From an uncultured bacterium (GTDB lineage: Bacteria; Krumholzibacteriota; Krumholzibacteriia; Krumholzibacteriales; Krumholzibacteriaceae), in NCBI GenBank assembly GCA_965371515.1, contig CBDUYR010000003.1, positions 36,338-100,337 of the forward strand: a stretch of DNA of 64,000 bases. The letters are read 5' to 3'. Position 1 is the first letter of the stretch; each line of letters opens with the position of its first letter. The translations under genes and the position numbers were made by a program. The notes under the pieces are model-generated. The model saw nothing but the letters and a program-made list of their open reading frames with translations. It ran no database searches and was not told where the DNA came from. Below are positions 18,076 to 27,300 of the stretch, piece by piece.

Positions 18076-20430
18076 TCAGAAGTTCAGGAATGTCTTCTGC
18101 CCGAGCATATATATATAATGCAGGGGCCAGGGCAGCCTCAACAGCAGGGGACGCATCCTGCCCGAGAAGGCCCTCCGGGCCAGCAGTATCATGAAGGCCG
18201 AAACGCGGTCGTTCCATCTCGCCGCGAACCTGCCCGATCCATTGACTTTCACGCCGAAGATGCCCGAGAGTTTCTCGCGGCCGGCCGTACCGTACGTATG
18301 CCAGATGACGGCCCGCTTCTGGGCCTGCACTGCCAGTACGGGGGGCACCTCTACCGCCAGCGCGGCTCCGGAGGATACGAGACGCTCACCGGCAGCCTCC
18401 CCGGCTGTCGACAGGGCCACGGCCATCGAGTGCTTTATCCGCCCCTTCTTCATCTCCGGCAGCCACGCGTCGCCGAAGCTGATGTCCGCGTCTCCGGCGA
18501 AGTGGTCCTCGCAGGAGAGGCACCGCCCCATGCAGTCGACGTAGAGGTTCTGGAAGAGGCCGTAGCCGTGACTGAACGGGATCCTCCTGGTTCCGCCGTC
18601 TTTCATGAGTACCTCGGTCGCGCCCCTCCAGCTCCCTTTCCTGTACGATAGGCCGGCTATATCGTCCTTTCCGATCCCCTTGATGTCGAGAAAATCGTCT
18701 ATCAGGCGCCTGTGGGTGGCGTGTCCGCACCACAGCCCGACCTTCAGGACGAGCTCCCCCGCGTGGGGCCGGCCGGTGCGGAGCCACTTTCTTATCCAGG
18801 TCCACTGGCAGGGCAGTGCTACGGCGGCGAACCGCCCTTCAGTTTCTCTCACAAGGTCGATTATTCCCGCCGCATGGTTGAAATCGCTGTAGATGCTCGT
18901 CCGGCAGCCGAGGATCTCCCCGGGAGTCCTGCAGAGTACCGTTTCGAAATCGAGGCCGTTTTCCCCCGATGATGTTCGGGCGGCGATCACACCGTCTATC
19001 TCGCCTCTATCGAGGAGGTCGATCAGGAGGGTCGACACGAGTCCTCCCGAGGCGGCCCCATCACGCACGGAAGCGTCCGCGCTGTACCCCATCCAGGCCT
19101 TTCGAAGGGTTTCCTGATATATGTCCTCATACAACCGGCAGGATATTCCCCCGGCGCGGATCCCGGTCCCGGCTTCCTTCAGAAGGGCGGCCGTATATTC
19201 CAGCTGGGTGCGGGCCGATTCCCTGACAGCGGGAAGGGAGGCGTCGATCCGGCGGCTGATCTCCTCCCTGTCGGAGAGCGTCTCCAGGACTGCCTCTGCG
19301 AGGCTGTCGAGGCTCAGTCGGGGCGTATCGATTACATACCGGCCCAGCCCGAACTCGTCCATGACCTCCCTGTACTTGTGGCTCCATGCCGGTACCACGC
19401 ATGGAACACCGACGCAGAGGGCGGAGATCATCGCATGGAACCTGCAGGCGACGAAACAGTCGAAGCGCGAGATCACGTCCCTCAGCCCGGCTGCGGAGAG
19501 CTCCCTGTCGATAAAAACGGCCCTGTCCCTGTTGCGCATCCGCTCCAGTACGGCCGCGCATATATGGTAATCGTTGTTTCGCGACCGTTTTTTCGTTCCC
19601 AGCCAGCTGTGGGCGATAAGGACGGCCCGGCCGCCTGTTTCCTCGATCGAACGGTCGAGGGCGCCGGCCAGCAGCTCCACCGGGTCGATTCCCGCCGCTG
19701 TGAGCTTTTCGGCGAGGACCTGGCTCGGTGCCGCCCCGATCAATGGGCCTTTGCCGGCGGGGATATCGAAGGCGGCAGGTCCATCGGCCGGCATGTGATC
19801 GCCGAGGATGAAGGCGAGGTCGGCCGCAGGCCTGAAATCTGTTATCCCGGCACTTTCGAGCTGTCCGGCCGTCACGGGCCCGCGGGCGAAGACCATACGG
19901 CACCTGTTCAGTATGAAACGGGCCATATTCCTGTTGAAAAGGTTCTCGAGGGGTCCTATGGCCTGCGAAAGCCTTATTACGGGGATGCCGCAGACAATTC
20001 CGGGCAGGCTGCAGGCCGCATTATAGAGGAGAGTGGCGAATCTTCCGTCGACGAACGAGATCCCTTCGATATCGAGGATCGCGTCGGAGGAGGTGATGGC
20101 GTCCAGCAGGGGCCATTTTCTCAGTGATCCTCCGGGAAGGCGCAGCTTGCGCAGGATCGCGTAACATGCTGCCGCGAAAGGCAGGATGAACACGAGGGCA
20201 AGCGGGGGTGCCGCGACGAGCCTTGTATCGGGCGGGAGCGGACGTTTGCAGTCTTCTTTCGGGTAAACGCTTATCACGTCTATGTGCAGCTGTTCCTTGA
20301 GCAGGAAGCGAAGGTTGTAAATGGTGCTCTCGAGCATCGCTGAAGCGCCCTTGTTGCCGGAAAATGTCCCTCCGATAACGGCGACCCGCCGAATTCCTGG
20401 TTTTTTTATTCTTATAGCCCTTGTTCCCAT
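18076..20430 (-). CDS. Polysaccharide pyruvyl transferase fused to FrhB/FdhB (F420 hydrogenase beta-like) domain
   Basis: N-part GNKGASAM, QAIGP, AADLAF, RFHAMI..YSHK-like (WSHK); C-part GAASGGLVS, VALPCQ, GLWCGH, CLSCED, ADISFGDAW; ATG 20430 with AAGGAG. Confidence 0.85.
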   Translation of the reverse strand: MGTRAIRIKKPGIRRVAVIGGTFSGNKGASAMLESTIYNLRFLLKEQLHIDVISVYPKEDCKRPLPPDTRLVAAPPLALVFILPFAAACYAILRKLRLPGGSLRKWPLLDAITSSDAILDIEGISFVDGRFATLLYNAACSLPGIVCGIPVIRLSQAIGPLENLFNRNMARFILNRCRMVFARGPVTAGQLESAGITDFRPAADLAFILGDHMPADGPAAFDIPAGKGPLIGAAPSQVLAEKLTAAGIDPVELLAGALDRSIEETGGRAVLIAHSWLGTKKRSRNNDYHICAAVLERMRNRDRAVFIDRELSAAGLRDVISRFDCFVACRFHAMISALCVGVPCVVPAWSHKYREVMDEFGLGRYVIDTPRLSLDSLAEAVLETLSDREEISRRIDASLPAVRESARTQLEYTAALLKEAGTGIRAGGISCRLYEDIYQETLRKAWMGYSADASVRDGAASGGLVSTLLIDLLDRGEIDGVIAARTSSGENGLDFETVLCRTPGEILGCRTSIYSDFNHAAGIIDLVRETEGRFAAVALPCQWTWIRKWLRTGRPHAGELVLKVGLWCGHATHRRLIDDFLDIKGIGKDDIAGLSYRKGSWRGATEVLMKDGGTRRIPFSHGYGLFQNLYVDCMGRCLSCEDHFAGDADISFGDAWLPEMKKGRIKHSMAVALSTAGEAAGERLVSSGAALAVEVPPVLAVQAQKRAVIWHTYGTAGREKLSGIFGVKVNGSGRFAARWNDRVSAFMILLARRAFSGRMRPLLLRLPWPLHYIYMLGQKTFLNF

Positions 20431-20551
20431 TCTTCTCCTTGCGAGCCCGCGTATCGTTCCGCAGAGAACCTTATCATCCCCGGACGTTTCGAGTAAACCC
20501 TCCGGTAGTGATAAGAATGTGGGCGGCAAGGAACTATCCCCATTTTCGAGG

Positions 20552-20581
20552 TTGACATTTTTGTTCCAGGTGTGCTACAAT
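20552..20581 (+). promoter_or_regulatory. Near-consensus sigma70 promoter for the secreted-protein cluster
   Basis: TTGACA-N18-TACAAT with extended -10 TG. Confidence 0.7.
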
Positions 20582-20705
20582 ACCCTTTGTCGAGTAAGTT
20601 AACGGTATCTCCAACTAACACGGCGGAAGGAGGAAATTGAGAGCTCGAGTCAACTTATTACCTTTAAGGTCCCAAACCTTTTAGGAGGTTTAGGAGGTTA
20701 ACACG

Positions 20706-21350
20706 ATGTTCAAAGGAAAAGTCCTGCTTTTCTCTTTGTTGCTGGTATTCGCAACCTCCCTGTCCGCTGGCGATGTGGATGAGTGCGAGAGTTTGGCTGG
20801 AACGAGTTGTGCTCTCAGAGTATCGATTTGTCCGGCTGGCGACTTTGAATTCATCCGAAATGGTTGCGGCGGCGACGCGGATTACATCTGGGTCGAGGTC
20901 AAGGACGCGGCTGGCGTAGGCATTGCCGGTATTCCCTGGACGGATTACTGGATGAATGCAATCGACGGTGCTCAGGAGCTCTGCCTCTGCGCGAGCCCCA
21001 TAGGCGCCGATTCGCTGACCAACTCCGCAGGGCGTACCACGTTCTCCGGACGCATGTCTGGCGGCGGCTGTGTTCTTACAGGCGGCTTGTTTGTAGCGTG
21101 CCAGGGTAAGACGTTCATGGATTTAGGTACCTGCTTGGTTCCGATCGAGCTTGACATCATTATCGTCAGTCCGGACATCAATGGCGACTGTGCTGTCAAC
21201 CTTTCGGATCTCAGTTTCTTCGGGCAGTCGTACAACAAACAGCTGGGGACCGCTGGTTTTGATCCCTGTTGTGATTACAACGACGACGATTGGTGCAACC
21301 TGAGTGATTTTTCGTTCATGGGTGAGCATTATCTGCACGAGTGTTTCTAA
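20706..21350 (+). CDS. Secreted Cys-rich protein with C-terminal dockerin-like tandem Ca-binding loops
   Basis: Signal peptide; 14 Cys; PDINGDCAVNLSDLSFF and CDYNDDDWCNLSDFSFM repeats. Confidence 0.75.
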   Translation: MFKGKVLLFSLLLVFATSLSAGDVDECESLAGTSCALRVSICPAGDFEFIRNGCGGDADYIWVEVKDAAGVGIAGIPWTDYWMNAIDGAQELCLCASPIGADSLTNSAGRTTFSGRMSGGGCVLTGGLFVACQGKTFMDLGTCLVPIELDIIIVSPDINGDCAVNLSDLSFFGQSYNKQLGTAGFDPCCDYNDDDWCNLSDFSFMGEHYLHECF

Positions 21351-21424
21351 ATTCGTTTGCTGATAATCTGGCAAACCCTTAAGATGTGACATCTTAGGGC
21401 TGCATTTTGAAAGGGAGTTGGATT

Positions 21425-21985
21425 ATGAAGAGAGTACTGCTGACAGTTGCTGTAGCTCTCGCGATCCCCTCAATCCTGATGGCTGCTCCGGTAACGTTGG
21501 GTGTGTATTTCGACGGAAGTCTTGCGTATACTCCGCCGGGTAATCTTGGCACCACGTTCATCGGCGCTTTGTACATGATTCAGAACGAGTACTACGTGAC
21601 TGGTGTGGAGTACAGTCTGGTCACCCCTAACGACCTGGACCATACTTCATTCATTATCACGGGATACGCATATCCGCCCAATTACGCGCTCTCGCTGGGC
21701 AGTGCCTGGGTTGGACATTCGATTACCTTCTGGCCCCCGCTGACAGGTTATCCCGATGGGTATGATCTCCTGGTCACGTACGAGTGTATAACCCTCACAT
21801 CGTGTTCGAAGATGAGGGATTATCCAATCTGTGTCGCAGCACATCCGGATACTGGGTATCTGCGTGGTACTTACGCCCCCGACCATGAATTCTTCGACAT
21901 TATCGGCCTGACTTCGTACTTATGTCCGAATCAGATCGGTACCGAGGAAGAGAGTTGGGGAGCGATCAAGTCCATGTACAAGTAA
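21425..21985 (+). CDS. Secreted protein with C-terminal TEEESWGAIKSMYK tail
   Basis: Signal peptide MKRVLLTVAVALA..; beta-rich body; conserved tail. Confidence 0.85.
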   Translation: MKRVLLTVAVALAIPSILMAAPVTLGVYFDGSLAYTPPGNLGTTFIGALYMIQNEYYVTGVEYSLVTPNDLDHTSFIITGYAYPPNYALSLGSAWVGHSITFWPPLTGYPDGYDLLVTYECITLTSCSKMRDYPICVAAHPDTGYLRGTYAPDHEFFDIIGLTSYLCPNQIGTEEESWGAIKSMYK

Positions 21986-22156
21986 GGATGAGAAATCGCA
22001 AGTCATGGCTGGATGAATCTTCATCCAGCCAGGGTTGCAGGGAAGCGCGGTGGTGAGGAGAGGAGGGAAAACTGCTCGGCACAGCTGATTTTCCTGCTAC
22101 CCATAACACGGGCTGAATGAACTGATCAAGTTATCTTCAGCAGGAGTGAGACAGAG

Positions 22157-22702
22157 ATGAAGAAAATTCTATTGACAATCGCAGCGATCGCTCTGTTCGC
22201 GGCGCCCGTTTCAGCAGCCTCAGTGCTGAGCCTTTGGGCCGACGAAGGCATGAGTGCATGTGAAGTGTACACAGCTGCCCCTTACCAGGCGTTTAACGTC
22301 TTTGTGTTCCTTGAGCCTGGAATGGACGGCGCCTTCGCGGTAGAGTACATGCTCGCCGCACCGGCGGGTCATTTCGCGCCCTCGATGGTTATAAATCCGG
22401 TCGTTTCGGCCGCCACCATCGGTGTCTGGTTCGGAGAGCCCGGCATCAGCGCTCCGTTCACTACGTGCCAGAGCGAGCTGTTCTGGGTCGTCAACCTGAA
22501 CATGATGGCTCCGAACGTCGACCCTGGTTTCTACACGCTCGAGCTGAACGTAAACTCGGAATTCATGGGCGTTGCTACATGTGAAGAGCCCATGCGTCCG
22601 ATGGTCTCCGGCTCCGCTTACAACCACTTCGGTTTCAACGACGGTTGCGTCGTCGGCACCGAGGAGTCGAGCTGGGGAGCTATCAAGAGCATGATGGACT
22701 AG
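22157..22702 (+). CDS. Secreted protein with C-terminal TEESSWGAIKSMMD tail (paralog A)
   Basis: Signal peptide, 4 Cys, RBS AGGAG; highly similar to the next gene. Confidence 0.9.
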   Translation: MKKILLTIAAIALFAAPVSAASVLSLWADEGMSACEVYTAAPYQAFNVFVFLEPGMDGAFAVEYMLAAPAGHFAPSMVINPVVSAATIGVWFGEPGISAPFTTCQSELFWVVNLNMMAPNVDPGFYTLELNVNSEFMGVATCEEPMRPMVSGSAYNHFGFNDGCVVGTEESSWGAIKSMMD

Positions 22703-22730
22703 CATCTGCTTTTGATTTTGTTTGATTAAA

Positions 22731-22768
22731 AGAGAAGGGGGGATTCAAGCCTCCCTTCTCTTCTTCTT
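22731..22768 (+). terminator. Rho-independent terminator-like hairpin
   Basis: AGAGAAGGGGGG/CCTCCCTTCTCT stem with pyrimidine tail. Confidence 0.55.
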
Positions 22769-22820
22769 AATAAGACAACCCTGGGTCACTTGAATTTTTA
22801 GCAGCAAAGGGAAAAACAAA

Positions 22821-23363
22821 ATGAAAAAAGCGTTAATCGTAGCGCTGGCGATGTTCGTGGTTTCGGCTCCCGCGACTGCCCAGCAGCTCAGTCTCTGGGC
22901 TGACGAGGGCATGAGCGACTGCTCCGTATCGACCACGGCTCCCTACCAGGCCTTCAACGTCTACGTCTTCCTGGAGCCTGGAATAGACGGCGCATTCGCC
23001 GTCGAGTATATGCTCACAACGCCGGATGGCCATTTCTCGCCCTCGATGGTCATAAATCCGGTCGTTTCGGCCGCCACCATCGGTGTCTGGTTCGGAGAGC
23101 CAGGCATCAGCGCTCCGTTCATTACGTGCCAGGTCAGCACCTTCTGGGTCGTCAACCTGACCATGATGTCTCCAAGCACCGACCCTGGTTTCTACACGCT
23201 CGAGCTGAACATAAACTCCGAGTTCCTGGGCGTTGCTACCTGTGAAGAGCCCATGCGTCCGATGATCGACGGCACCTCTTACAACTTCTTTGGTTTCAAC
23301 GACGCCTGCGTCGTCGGCACCGAGGAGTCGAGCTGGGGCGCGATCAAGAGCATGATGGAATAG
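22821..23363 (+). CDS. Secreted protein with C-terminal TEESSWGAIKSMME tail (paralog B)
   Basis: Signal peptide, same 4 Cys, near-duplicate of 22157-22702. Confidence 0.9.
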   Translation: MKKALIVALAMFVVSAPATAQQLSLWADEGMSDCSVSTTAPYQAFNVYVFLEPGIDGAFAVEYMLTTPDGHFSPSMVINPVVSAATIGVWFGEPGISAPFITCQVSTFWVVNLTMMSPSTDPGFYTLELNINSEFLGVATCEEPMRPMIDGTSYNFFGFNDACVVGTEESSWGAIKSMME

Positions 23364-23389
23364 TTATCGCACTGCGCTGATCGATTGTC

Positions 23390-23420
23390 AGGGGAGGCCC
23401 TCGCGGGCGTCCCCTTTTTT
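23390..23420 (+). terminator. Rho-independent terminator
   Basis: AGGGGAGGCCC-tcgc-GGGCGTCCCCT followed by a T-run. Confidence 0.75.
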
Positions 23421-23616
23421 ATTCGAGACCGCCCGTTCCTGCCGCTGCCACTGTTCGTGCGTCCCCTGCTGAAACCTCTTCTGGAAAAATCCGCCGAAAC
23501 GTGCTATAATCCGGTCCGTAAGAGAGGCACATCAGACTCACATCCCTGAGCATATCATCGAGACATTCATCAAGCCGCTTCCGCGTCAGCGCATGGTTTT
23601 TGTCAGGAGGTTTGTC

Positions 23617-24153
23617 ATGAGCAGGATCCTGATCGCAGCGGTCCTGATCTGCGCGTTCGCCGTGCCCGCGCAGGGTCAGTTATTCAGCCTGTGGGCTGAT
23701 GAAGGAAAAAGCACGTCCGAGTTCTGGACCTCGTCTACCTATCAGGCCTTCACGATCTACGTCTTTCTCGATCCCGGCTCGGACGGCGCCTTTGGCGCGG
23801 AGTACAAGATGACCTGCCCGACCGGACATTTCTCGACGGGAAACACCACGGCGCCGTTCATCTCGGCCGCGATTCTAGGCGGCCCGTACGGCGCTCCCGG
23901 TGTCAGCGCGGGATTCACCAGCTGTCAGAACGATACGGTCTGGCTCTTCGCGGTCAGCTGCATGGCTCCCAGCCTCGATCCAGGCATCTACACGATCGAA
24001 GAGCACGATAACAGCAGCTTCCGCGGGATTGCCACCTGCGAAGAGCCGAACAGGCCGCTTGCCGATGCAAAGACCTACAACAGCTTCTGCTACAACACCA
24101 GCGATGGCAGTACCGAGGAAGCGACCTGGGGTGCCATCAAGAAGCAGCACTGA
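23617..24153 (+). CDS. Secreted protein with C-terminal TEEATWGAIKKQH tail (paralog C)
   Basis: AGGAGG RBS, signal peptide, shares FSLWADEG..YQAF..FLDPG.DGAF..EY..GHFS..ATCEEP.RP with paralogs A/B. Confidence 0.88.
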   Translation: MSRILIAAVLICAFAVPAQGQLFSLWADEGKSTSEFWTSSTYQAFTIYVFLDPGSDGAFGAEYKMTCPTGHFSTGNTTAPFISAAILGGPYGAPGVSAGFTSCQNDTVWLFAVSCMAPSLDPGIYTIEEHDNSSFRGIATCEEPNRPLADAKTYNSFCYNTSDGSTEEATWGAIKKQH

Positions 24154-24338
24154 GAAACAGCACTCTGCCAGGCGTGTTATCCCCCTGTACTCCTATCGGA
24201 ACGGGCGTATCCCCGACGTCCGATTCGTTCAAATCATGATTTTTCATTGGGTATCAGCGGCACGAGTTTGTTATAATCAGTGAAGAGGATATCATCCCCC
24301 GGTTTCCCGTCCCAACCCCTGGGAAAAGGAGAGATCAC

Positions 24339-27300
24339 TTGAAAAGAGTTCATGCGTCATCTGCGCAGAGGTGGATTATATATACATCGTTTATAATTGC
24401 TGTCGTCATGGCGGCAGGCGCGGCAGTTCCGATGGATGATGCCGTTGCGTCCGGCACGGGGGCGACGGTCCTCCGTTCGGACGGCTCCTCCGTCACGTTC
24501 GAGATAACCGTACCACCGCCGCGCATCGAGCTCGGCGCTGACGGTGCGCGTGTAGTCCTTCGCGGATACGGCACATTCTCTCCTCCGGGAGCGCCGGTGC
24601 TTCCCGGCAGGACCTTCAATATCGCCGTACCGGCGGACGGCGATCCTTCCGTTTCATGGACCGTGACGGACAGTGAGGACCTGGGCCGTCTTTCCCTCGA
24701 CCGGGTCATGGCCGAGAGGTTTGTCAGGTACGGGGAGGACGGGATCCCCGTCACCGAGACGTTTCTCCCTGAAGACCCCTGGAACGGCAGGGTGCCGACA
24801 GCAGTGGTCACGCCAGCCCGCCCGGCGATGATGGGAAGACAGAGGGTCCTGCCCGTACGGGTGAGTCCGCTCCGGGAGCTGGAAGGTAATTACAGCCTGG
24901 CAAGAAAGATCATCGTCACGGTCTCGTTCGGATCCTCCTCCGAAGTCCTGCCGGACCGGTCCGGACCCGGCGCCGGAACGGGGGTATCGGGCGCCTGGAA
25001 GAGGATGTACGAGAGGGTACTCGTAAACCCGTCCGACACGGAACGCCTGATATCTCCCATAAAGAGCAGGCCGATCCTGCGCGCGCCCCTGCAGGCCGGG
25101 AAATGGCTCAAGATAAAGATACTCGAAACGGGAATCTACTCCGTACGCGCCGACTCCCTGATAGCTTCGGGCCTTTCGCCGTCCCTGTCGAACAACGGGT
25201 TCGCGCTGAGGAAGCTCTACTTCGACGAGACCGGTCCGGATCTGGCAAGGGAAGTCGACATCCCTTACCGGGTGCTCAAGGGCTCGGAGTCGGCAACCGA
25301 TATCTTCGAGGGGGACGACCTGCTCGTCTTCTTCGCCAGGGGAGTCAAGGACGATGTTGATGCGGGGGACACGATGGCCGTTTTCAACAGCTACAACGTC
25401 ATCTGGCTGTTCGAGGAAGAAGCCGGCGCCGTCATGCCTGGCGGGCCGGGATTCCCTTCGGGAACGGGGCGGCTCCAGCCGAGCTTCGTTCACGCCGAGA
25501 AGGTGCGGAAGGATACCTGGTACAACAAATTTGTCAGGGCGGGGATGAAGGACTTCAACTGCGTGGCCGGTCCCGCCAGGGATGAGGTCGCCGTTCCCTT
25601 CACCGTTCACGACGCCGCCTCGCTGAGCGTCTTCTCGGCCCACATCAGGATCCTCGGAAATAAAAAGATCAATCCAAGCCAGGACCTCGACTTCTTCATC
25701 CGTAATTCCAGCGGCACCTGGCCTATAGGAAGCGGTTTCGTCTCCTCGACAGAGGAGAAGGTTTTCGATTTCGATATGATCCAGGTCAACAGGCTCGTCG
25801 AGGGGGCCAATGAGGTCGTAGTGACGAGCAGGGAAGAGACATACGGCTTCCTCGTAAACGACATGGCGGTGAAATACTCCCGGACGATGAACTTGTGGGA
25901 CGGCTACCTCGATTTCACGGTCAGGCAGGACCTCGAGGACAAGCGGGTCGAGATATCGGGATTCAGCGGGCAGGACGGTTATCTCGTAGAGCTGACCGAT
26001 CCCGACGCGCCGGTGTTCCACGACATCCCTGCCGATTCGTTCAGGGCCGACGGCGGTTCTTATACGCTTTTCCTGACGGTTTCCACGGCGACCGACAGGC
26101 GTTTCGTGGCGCTGGGCCGCGGCGCGGGGAGACACATCAGCAACATATGGATCGATTACGGGGTGAACGGATTGAACGATCTGCGCTCGAGCCCCGGTCC
26201 GTACAATACGCTCGTAATAGCGCATTCGGATTTCCTCCCGCCCGTCAGTGACTATCTCGCGCAGTACATATCGTGGAGGGGAGATCAGGGCTACAGGATC
26301 CTCAGGGCCGATGTCAGGAAGGTCTACGATGAGTTCAACGGCGGGCTCATCTCGGCCGATGCTATCCGCAGATTCATCAGGTACGGCATGGAGAACTGGG
26401 GCGTCGAGTTCGTGATGCTGGTCGGCGACGCGAGCGAGGATCACCGGAGGATCTTCATAGGCGATCCGCCGGAGACCAACGGTTCGCCTCCCGATTATGT
26501 GCCGGCCTACACGTACAGCGTCAATGTTATCGGCAGGGACAGGGACGAGGTGGTGGCGTCCGACAGGTACTACACCTTCCTCGACGAGGCGCCGCCTTCC
26601 GGTTTCAATTATGCCGCTACTGAAGCTGAGCCGCCCTCCGGCGGTTCCGACCCGCTGTATCTGCCGGCCGCTGCCTACCCTGACGTGATCGTCGGCAGGC
26701 TGCCGGTCGGGCGCGAGGTCGAGCTCAGGGCCCTGCTCACGAAGATGTACAGGTTCGAGGAGCCTGCAAGCTCCGATTCGTGGCGAAGGTCGATAGTCCT
26801 CTTCTCCGACGACGCATGGTCGGGATACCTGTCGTCTTACGCATACCACGCGATCGAGCACCATTTTGAATACGGCATGGACTCGGTCGCTGTAAAAATT
26901 GAAGAGGCTCTCCCCGGCGGCTTCGATATTAACAGGCTCCATCTCTCCAGGTGGACGGATGGGGTCCACGATGACCTGCAGGGAGGCAGCGCGATCCTCA
27001 GCGAGGCGACCGACTCGACGCGCAGGTATTTCACGCCGTACCTCAACAGAAAACTCAACGACGGGTGTCTCTTCTTCACCTTCCAGGGGCATGCCTCGAG
27101 GTCGAATTTCACGACCGAGGCCGCATTCTCCAACTTCAGCCAGTATCAGGACGTCGACAGCCTCCGCACCGACCGCAACCATATATTCATAGGCCTGGGC
27201 TGCCATATCAGCGATTTCGCGCTGATGATGGAATATACACGTTCGGGGCTCGATGGACCGAACGGCGACTGCATCACCGAGCAGCTCCTGTTCAAGTCGA

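Noticed and set aside
24258..24275. GGCACG..TTG as a sigma54 promoter for the C25 gene
   Set aside because: No GC at the GG-N10 position; TGTTATAAT fits an extended -10 better.
24654..27206. 850-aa minus-strand ORF (and similar long ORFs such as 33425-35137 and 41699-43120)
   Set aside because: High-GC antisense shadows of well-supported genes; no recognisable motifs.
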